The notes under the pieces were generated by a model. It searched no databases. It worked only from the letters and a program-made list of their open reading frames with translations, and was not told the DNA's origin. A stretch of 48,813 nt of DNA. Source: an uncultured Actinomycetes bacterium. Its GTDB lineage: Bacteria; Actinomycetota; Thermoleophilia; UBA2241. Every line of letters begins with the position of its first letter. The first letter of the stretch is position 1. Both the position numbers and the translations under genes were made by a program. Shown here piece by piece: positions 42,458 to 48,813 of the stretch. The stretch lies in contig CAVWIH010000018.1 in NCBI GenBank assembly GCA_963755025.1, positions 1 to 48,813 of the forward strand. The letters are read 5' to 3'.

Positions 42458-43528
42458 TCAGGGCAGCAGCTTGCGCGCCGTGCGCCTGGCCGTCTTGGTC
42501 GCCGTCTGGCGGATCTGGGTGATCAGGCTCATCACGTCCTGGCCGGCCTCGAAGGTGACCTCGCGGCCCATGAGGTTGCGCACCGACTCGGCCGGCGAGA
42601 GGCCCTGCTCGAGCACGGCGAACACCGCCTCGGTGACCGGCATCTCGACGCCCAGCCGGGCGCTCAGGTCGTGCAGCGCGTACGTGGTGGGGATGCCCTC
42701 GACGACCTGGCCGATGATGCGCTGCACCGCGGCCGGGTCTTCGCCGCGGCCGATGAGCTCGCCGGCGTGGCGATTGCGGCTGTGCTGCGAGGTGCAGGTG
42801 GCCATGAGGTCGCCGATGCCGGCGAGGCCCGCGAAGGTGGCGAAGTCGGCGCCCAGGCGCATGCCCAGGCGAGCCACCTCTGCCAGGCTGCGCGTCATGA
42901 GCGCGGCCCGCGTGTTGTCGCCGAAGCCGAGGCCGTCGGCTATGCCGACAGCGATGGCGATCGGGTTCTTGGCGGCGCCGCAGAACTCGACCCCCACGAC
43001 GTCGTCGTTGGTGTACACGCGCAGCGTGTCGCCGGTGACGATGCGCTGCAGGCGGCGCGCGAGCTCGGAGTCGGCGGCGGCGATCACGGTGGCCGCCGGC
43101 ATGTCGCGCGAGATCTCCTCGGCGTGATTGGGGCCCGAGAGCGCGGCCACCGCCGCCTGCGTCTCCTGGGCGATCACCTCGGTCGGGCGCAGCAGGCTGT
43201 GCAGCTCGAGGCCCTTGGCCAGCGAGAGCTGCAGCGACTGCCCGGGGCGGCGGCTCGCGACCCAGCCGGCGACCTCGCGCACGACCTGGGTGGGCACGGC
43301 GTACACCACGAGCTCGGCGCCCTCGAGCGACGCCTGGGGCATGGCCACGAAGCGGATCTCGGGCGAGAACTCGACGCCCGGCACGAAGCGCGGGTTCTCG
43401 TGGTCGGCGTTCAACTGCGCGGCCTCGGCCGCGGTGAGGGTGAGCACCTGCACGGTGTGGCCGTTCCGCCACAGCAGGCGGGCGAAGGTGCAGCCCCAGC
43501 TGCCCGAACCGATGACGGTGACGCGCAC
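42458..43528 (-). CDS. gpsA: NAD(P)H-dependent glycerol-3-phosphate dehydrogenase
   Basis: [52 protein letters not shown]; GTG at 43528. Confidence 0.96.
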   Translation of the reverse strand: MRVTVIGSGSWGCTFARLLWRNGHTVQVLTLTAAEAAQLNADHENPRFVPGVEFSPEIRFVAMPQASLEGAELVVYAVPTQVVREVAGWVASRRPGQSLQLSLAKGLELHSLLRPTEVIAQETQAAVAALSGPNHAEEISRDMPAATVIAAADSELARRLQRIVTGDTLRVYTNDDVVGVEFCGAAKNPIAIAVGIADGLGFGDNTRAALMTRSLAEVARLGMRLGADFATFAGLAGIGDLMATCTSQHSRNRHAGELIGRGEDPAAVQRIIGQVVEGIPTTYALHDLSARLGVEMPVTEAVFAVLEQGLSPAESVRNLMGREVTFEAGQDVMSLITQIRQTATKTARRTARKLLP

Positions 43529-43545
43529 GGCCGCGGAGCCCAGTC

Positions 43546-44193
43546 TCAGGCGCCGGCGCCGGCCTTGCCGGAGCCCGACGAGCCGCGGTGGTCCCAGGGG
43601 AACGTCACCTTGTTCTCGCAGCGTAGCGCGATGCGGCGCATGTTGGAGCGATGCTGAAAGATGACGACGAGGGCGGCGAAGACCGCGAGGATCTTGTACC
43701 AGACCGGCTTGTCGAAGGCGAACGTGCAGATGGCGAAAGTCAGGGCCGCCATCATGGAGGCCACGCTCACCATGCGCGTGGTGAACAGGAACACGAGAAA
43801 GACGCACAGCGCGATGATGAAGATCCAGGGCACCAGGGCGAGCACGATGCCGGCCCCGGTGGCCACGCCCTTGCCGCCGCCGCCGCGCAGGAAGACCGAG
43901 TACATGTGGCCGAGCAGCGCGGCCAGCGCGACGATCAGCGCATACCAGGTCGGAAAGTAGTGCGCGGCGATGAACACCGGGATGAAGCCCTTGGCCATGT
44001 CGCCGATCAGCACGAGCGAGCCGGCGCGGATGCCCAGCACGCGAAAGACGTTGGTCGTGCCCACGTTGCCTGAGCCGTGGTCGCGCACGTCGACGTGCCA
44101 GAACCACTTGCCGATCACGATCGCGAAGGGCACCGAGCCCATGACGTAGGCGATGAGCACCAGAGCGATGCCGGCCGCCACCCACCAGCCCAC
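43546..44193 (-). CDS. plsY: Glycerol-3-phosphate acyltransferase PlsY
   Basis: [40 protein letters not shown]. Confidence 0.97.
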   Translation of the reverse strand: MGWWVAAGIALVLIAYVMGSVPFAIVIGKWFWHVDVRDHGSGNVGTTNVFRVLGIRAGSLVLIGDMAKGFIPVFIAAHYFPTWYALIVALAALLGHMYSVFLRGGGGKGVATGAGIVLALVPWIFIIALCVFLVFLFTTRMVSVASMMAALTFAICTFAFDKPVWYKILAVFAALVVIFQHRSNMRRIALRCENKVTFPWDHRGSSGSGKAGAGA

Positions 44194-44196
44194 CGT

Positions 44197-45519
44197 CTAG
44201 CGCTCCTTGAAGTCGATGATCAGGGGGACTCCCTCGAACGACAGCGCCTCGCGCAGGCGGTTCTCGACGTAGAACCCGAACTCGCGCGTGACCAGGTCGC
44301 GGTCGTTGATGGAGATCGCAAAGCGCGGCGGCGCCGTCTGGAACTGGGAGATGTAGTAGAGCTTCAGCTTCTTGCGTCCCTTGCCCGGCATGGTGCGCGC
44401 ATCGGTGATGGTGGTCAGCACCCGGTTCAGGGCGCCCGTGGGAACGTGGGCAGTATAGCGGCTCTGCAGATCGGCCACTACCTGCAGCACGTGGCCCAGA
44501 CCGCGCCCGTTCACGGCCGACACGGCGAGCGCCAGGGGGCGCTGGCGCAGCTTGCGGGCGGCGATGCCGCCCATCTCGGTGAGGTCGGGCATGACCAGGT
44601 CGGACTTGTTCACGGCGAGCACGGTGGCGCAGTTGCGGCGCATGGCCTCGCCCACGATCTGCAGGTCGAGCTCGCCGAGGCCCACCGTGGCATCGACCAC
44701 GACCACCGCCACCTGGGCGCGGTCGAGGGTCGCCAGGCTGCGCAGGTAGGAGTAGTACTCGACGCCCGACACCTTGGCCGCCTTGCGCATGCCGGCGGTG
44801 TCGACGAAGCGGAACTCGTGGCCGTGCCAGGCCAGGGTGGTGTCGATGGCGTCGCGCGTGGTGCCGGCGGTCGCGCCGACGATCACCCGCTCCTCGCCGA
44901 CCAGCGCGTTCAGCAGGCTCGACTTGCCGGCGTTGGGCCGGCCCACGATGGCCACGGCGATCTCGGCCGAGCGGTCGTCTTCGTCGTCGGGGCCGGTGTC
45001 GCCGCGCGCCTCGGCGAGGCGGCCCGCCAACGCGACGAGCTCGTCGAGCAGGTCGCCGCTGCCGGTGCCGTGCAGCGCCGACACGGCCAGGGGAGCGCCC
45101 AGGCCGAGCTCGAAGAAGGCGACCAGCGCCGCTTCGTGACGGGGGTCGTCGACCTTGTTGGCGACGAGCACCGTGGGGATCTTGGCGCGCCGCAGGACGT
45201 CGGCGATCTCGTAGTCGCCGGGCAGCGGGCCGGCCCGGCCGTCGACCAGGAAGAGCGCGGCGTCGGCCTCGCCCAGGGCCGCCTTGACCTGAGTGCGGAT
45301 GTCGCCGCCCAGGATCGACTGGTCGGAGATGTCGAACCCGCCCGTGTCGATCAGCTTGACGGCGTGCCCGGCCCAGTCGGTCTCGACGACCTTGCGGTCG
45401 CGCGTGACCCCCGGCGTTTCGTGCACGACGGTGACGCGAGTGCCGCTCAGGCGGTTGATGAGGGTGGACTTTCCGGCATTGGGAACGCCCACCACTGCGA
45501 ATGTGGGGACACGGGTCAT
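44197..45519 (-). CDS. der: Ribosome biogenesis GTPase Der/EngA
   Basis: Two G domains (GVPNAGKST/GVTRD/DTGG/NKVD and GRPNAGKSS/GTTRD/DTAG/NKSD) plus KH-like C-terminus. Confidence 0.97.
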   Translation of the reverse strand: MTRVPTFAVVGVPNAGKSTLINRLSGTRVTVVHETPGVTRDRKVVETDWAGHAVKLIDTGGFDISDQSILGGDIRTQVKAALGEADAALFLVDGRAGPLPGDYEIADVLRRAKIPTVLVANKVDDPRHEAALVAFFELGLGAPLAVSALHGTGSGDLLDELVALAGRLAEARGDTGPDDEDDRSAEIAVAIVGRPNAGKSSLLNALVGEERVIVGATAGTTRDAIDTTLAWHGHEFRFVDTAGMRKAAKVSGVEYYSYLRSLATLDRAQVAVVVVDATVGLGELDLQIVGEAMRRNCATVLAVNKSDLVMPDLTEMGGIAARKLRQRPLALAVSAVNGRGLGHVLQVVADLQSRYTAHVPTGALNRVLTTITDARTMPGKGRKKLKLYYISQFQTAPPRFAISINDRDLVTREFGFYVENRLREALSFEGVPLIIDFKER

Positions 45520-45526
45520 GGCGGGG

Positions 45527-45535
45527 AGTCTACCA
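45527..45535 (-). promoter_or_regulatory. Extended -10 (TGgTAGACT) of a probable leaderless der promoter
   Basis: TG-n-TAGACT 7 nt before the der ATG; no SD. Confidence 0.6.
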
Positions 45536-45570
45536 GAGCGCGGCCCCCGTGCCGCGATAGTCGCTGTGCG

Positions 45571-46712
45571 TCAGCCTGCGCGCACCCCCTGGTCGAGGTA
45601 CGCCCTGACCGCCGCGTACTGGCTGGGTCGGCGGTGACCTCGGCGAGCGAGCGGTAGAAGCCCTCGGAGCAGAGCTTGTGGCCGGCGCCGTGCGAGGCGC
45701 GGCCCTCGACGCCGTAGTGCCAGCCCTTGCGCGTGCGGTAGACGAGGGCGGTGGGCTGGCCGTTGTCGATGCCCGCGGCGTAGCGCTGGGCGGCCACCAC
45801 CTGGCCGAAGTCGTGGCCGTCGGCGACCTGCACGACGTTCCAGTCGTGCAGGTAGAACAGCTCGCCGGGCTCCCACTGCACGTAGTCGCCGGGGGTGTCG
45901 CCGCTGCGACACACGCGGTCGCTGTCGATCGAGGCCTGGTTCCAGTCGAGGTGCACCGTCACGTTGGCGAGCGAGGCCGTGCCGGCGGCGGCCAGGGCTT
46001 CGCTCACGCGCCCCGGCGTGAGCCCGCCCTCGCCCTCGGAGACGTGGACTGCCGGGCAGTCGGCGCCGTAGTGGTCGCGCGCCGCCATGGCCAGGCCGAT
46101 CGAGCTCGCCAGGCCCACGCCCGAGGCGCCCGTCGCCAGGCGCACGAACGGCGTCGCCGGCGTGGGGTGCCCGTCGAGCGCCCTGGCGCGCCTGGCCACG
46201 AAGAGCGGCGTGGCGGTCGTCGGGTTGCGGCGAAAGCCGAGCAGGTCTTCGAGGCGCAGGCGCTGGCGATCGTCGGCGGGCAGCAGCTCGGGCGTCGCCA
46301 GGCGGGCGACCTCGTCGCGCAGCGCCCACAGCGCGTACAGGCCCATGGCCTTGTGGCCGGCCGCGTACGAGAGCACGTCGGCGTCGTCGCGGTCGGGAGC
46401 GCCCAGGTCGTAGTCGAGCGCGTCGAAGAGCAGCGGCCGCGGTGAAGCGCCCCGCCGAGATGGAGCCCCCCGGGTGGCCCGAGGTGGGCACGTAGTTGAA
46501 CAGCAGGGCGCACAGCGCGCGGTAGAGCAGGTCGAGGGTCTCGAAGGCGGCGAGCTCGGCCGGCGTGAGCGGGGCGGCCCGGACGTCTGCGCGGCGCCTG
46601 CAGACGCCCGAGCGGCCGCGGCCGCCGTCCAAGCCCGCGCGCCATCGGCAGCCGGCTGCCATGTCGGCGTGATTCCGCCGTCGGCCGGCCCTCGCACGTC
46701 GACCACTCTCAT
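45571..46712 (-). pseudogene. Transketolase-like TPP-binding N-terminal domain only; several frameshifts; middle and C-terminal domains absent
   Basis: SGHPGGSIS, AAGHKAMGLY, LDGHPTP, ATGASGVG, EGEGG...DWN (GDG-like TPP motif), DGHDF, RTRKG...SHG; the stitched frame ends after about 380 codons. Could be an assembly artefact rather than a true pseudogene. Confidence 0.7.
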
Positions 46713-48813
46713 CGGGCTGCGCCGTCCTCCGCGCAGCGAACGCGCGCCAGCTTCTCGAGCTCGTCGCCCAGCTCGTCGGCGCCAAAGCAGAACCGCAGCT
46801 CGACGAAGCGCGCGCGCAGCGTCGCTGCACCTGGCTCGCCACGCGCGGCGTCGCGCAGGACGACGTCGGCCATGAGCCCGGCGAGCTCGCCGAAGTCGTC
46901 CGGGCGCATGCCGAAGCGGGTCATCTCGGCGACGCCCAGGCGCAGGCCGCCGGCGGCGGTGAAGGCCTCTTCGTCGGGCAGCCCCTGGTAGTTGCAGAGC
47001 ATGTTGCTCGCCTCGAGGCGCGCCGCCATCTCGTGGCCGCGCCCGTAGCCGACCCGACGACGACCTGGTGGGTCTCGGTGAAGTCGATCGCCGGGTCGCC
47101 CTGCACGTCGAGGCCGGCGTCGCGCAGCGCCCGGGCGAAGGCCTTGGCGTTGGCGATGACCTGGCGGCTGGTAGGCGTCGCGAAAGGCGCGCATCTCGTA
47201 GGTCGCGAAGAGCAGGCCCAGCAGCGTGCCCAGGTGGTGGTTGGAGACCGACCCCGGGAAGGCCCGGCGGCGCAGCGCCTCCCAGAGCTCGTAGCGCTCG
47301 TCGGCTCTCGACGAAGCGGCCGCCGACCACGCCGCGCTGCGTGCCGAAGAAGGTCTTGTGGGTCGAGCCGGTGACGAGGTCGGCGCCCTCGGCGAAGGGC
47401 TCCTGGAAGTGCGGGCCGAGCAGGCCGAGCACGTGGGCCGCGTCGTAGAGGACGACGGCGTCGATGCCCTGCTCGGTGAGGAACCGCCTGATCTCGGCGA
47501 CCGGCTCGCGATGCAGCACCATGCTGCGCCCGAAGATGATGAGCTCGGGCCGGTGGCGGGCGATGAGCTCCTCGCGTGGCGGGCACGTCGACCAGGTAGG
47601 GGTTGTCGTCGCGCATCGGCGAAGTTCACGACGGCCGGCGCGTCGGTGCGCGGATCGCGCGCCACGAAGTCGCGCAGCGCGCCCATGGGCTGGGCGCTCA
47701 GATGCCCGCCCTTGCCGATGTGGTTGTTCATGACCATGCGAATGCGCCGCGGCTCGGCCTTGGGGTCGGCGCGGTTGGCGTACTCGACGAGGGCGCTGAA
47801 CACCGCCATGTTGGCCATCTGGCCGCTGAGCGAGGCGGGTCTCGGTCTCGGCGCAGCCGAGGTACGCGGCGAGCTCGGCCTCGAGGCGGCGCTCGACCGC
47901 GGCGATGAACCCGGTGCCCTGGTAGTAGAAGAGCTCGTCGTCGTAGAAGGCCTCGGAGCTGCGGTGCTCGGCGTAGCGAAACGCGGGGTCCATGACCGAG
48001 GCCAGGCGCACGAGCGGCGAGGCCGTCATCTCCGAGGGGATCAGGTTCATGCAGCTCGCGCCTGTCGCCAGGCGGTGTTGGCGATCGTCTCGCGCAGCAG
48101 CAGCCGCGCCTTGCCGAGCGGCGTCGCCGCGCGGCAGCTCGACGCGCCGGCAGCTCGTGGTCGTAGACGATCGGCCGGGCGCAGCGGCGGCGCCTCGCTG
48201 CGCAGGTGGAAGGGCACGACGAGGCCGGGCACCTGCGTGCCGCGGATGTCGACGGTGACGGCGTCGTCCTTCGACGACGTCGCAGTCGAGGTAGGCGCAG
48301 GGCGATCGAGCGCTGGGCGTGCTCGTCGGTCTGGCGCGAGTCGAGGCCCTCGCCGGCGCACGATCCAGTACGGCACCGAGGTGCCGCTCGTCACCTAGTC
48401 CGACGCGGCGCTCGCCCCGAGCAGACCGGCGCGCCGGTGCGGGCGACGCCGCGACCGGCGAGGGCGAGCGGCTGCACGAGGCGCGGCAGGTCGGCTCTGC
48501 GCGAGTAGTCGCGCGCGACCACGCGCGGCGAAGGCGTCGTGCTGGCGGGCCAGGGCGGCGCGGCCGATGAAGTCGCCCTTCAGCGGCGAGAAGCTCACCG
48601 CCAGCTTGGCCAGCGGGATGGCGAAGATCGGGATCTCGGCGCCGTCGTCGTCGCGGCCGAGCTCGAAACCGTAGAGCGGCAGGCCGGCCTCGAGGCGCAG
48701 CGTGTCGCGCGCGCCCAGGCCGGCCGGCGCAGCCCCGCCGGCCACGCAGCGCGTCCCACAGCCGAGCGACGGCCTCGGCGGCCACGAAGAGCTCGAAGCA
48801 GAGGCAGCGATAC
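46709..48813 (-). CDS. Fused aminomethyltransferase (GcvT, C-terminal part visible) and serine hydroxymethyltransferase; 5' end outside the window; many frameshifts
   Basis: GcvT: [50 protein letters not shown]: [67 protein letters not shown]. Confidence 0.85.

Noticed and set aside
45516-48785. 1089-aa ORF suggesting a GcvT-SHMT-transketolase triple fusion
   Set aside because: A mosaic of in-frame and out-of-frame pieces; the best-stitched SHMT frame stops at 46709, overlapping the transketolase ATG.

Overview
Very GC-rich core-genome window, almost entirely minus-strand housekeeping genes. The actinobacterial mihF-gmk-rpoZ-coaBC block combined with Firmicutes-like modules (der-plsY-gpsA, rpmB/asp23-fakA-degV-recG, pyrK-pyrD, a PyrR attenuator) suggests a deep-branching Actinomycetota such as Thermoleophilia (inference). 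Order in transcription direction (right to left): partial GcvT-SHMT fusion, truncated transketolase-like gene, der-plsY-gpsA, SAM-I riboswitch-metK, priA-def-fmt-rsmB-rpe, FMN riboswitch-ribD-ribE-ribBA-ribH, rpmB (plus strand), DUF1858/Asp23 fusion-fakA-degV-recG-cca-pgeF-yggS-sepF-proC-yggT-divIVA-lspA-rluD, PyrR leader-pyrR-pyrB-pyrC-carA-carB-pyrK-pyrD, mihF-gmk-rpoZ-coaBC-HD-TPR, lemA-htpX (plus strand), an L,D-transpeptidase, a small 4xCxxC protein (plus strand), and rimP-nusA. Many genes carry single-base frameshifts that look like long-read consensus errors, so the very long ORFs in the supplied track are chimeras. No CRISPR array, tRNA, rRNA, prophage or transposase was seen. Best leads: (1) a GcvT fused to an archaeal-type SHMT and coupled to an unusual TPP enzyme; (2) a SAM-I riboswitch with an extra GNRA hairpin and possibly inverted logic; (3) a redox-disulfide DUF1858 domain fused to Asp23 at the head of the fatty-acid kinase operon; (4) gmk with an ATT start in frame with mihF; (5) a 145-bp inverted-repeat element between metK and priA. 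All family assignments come from motif recognition, not database searches.
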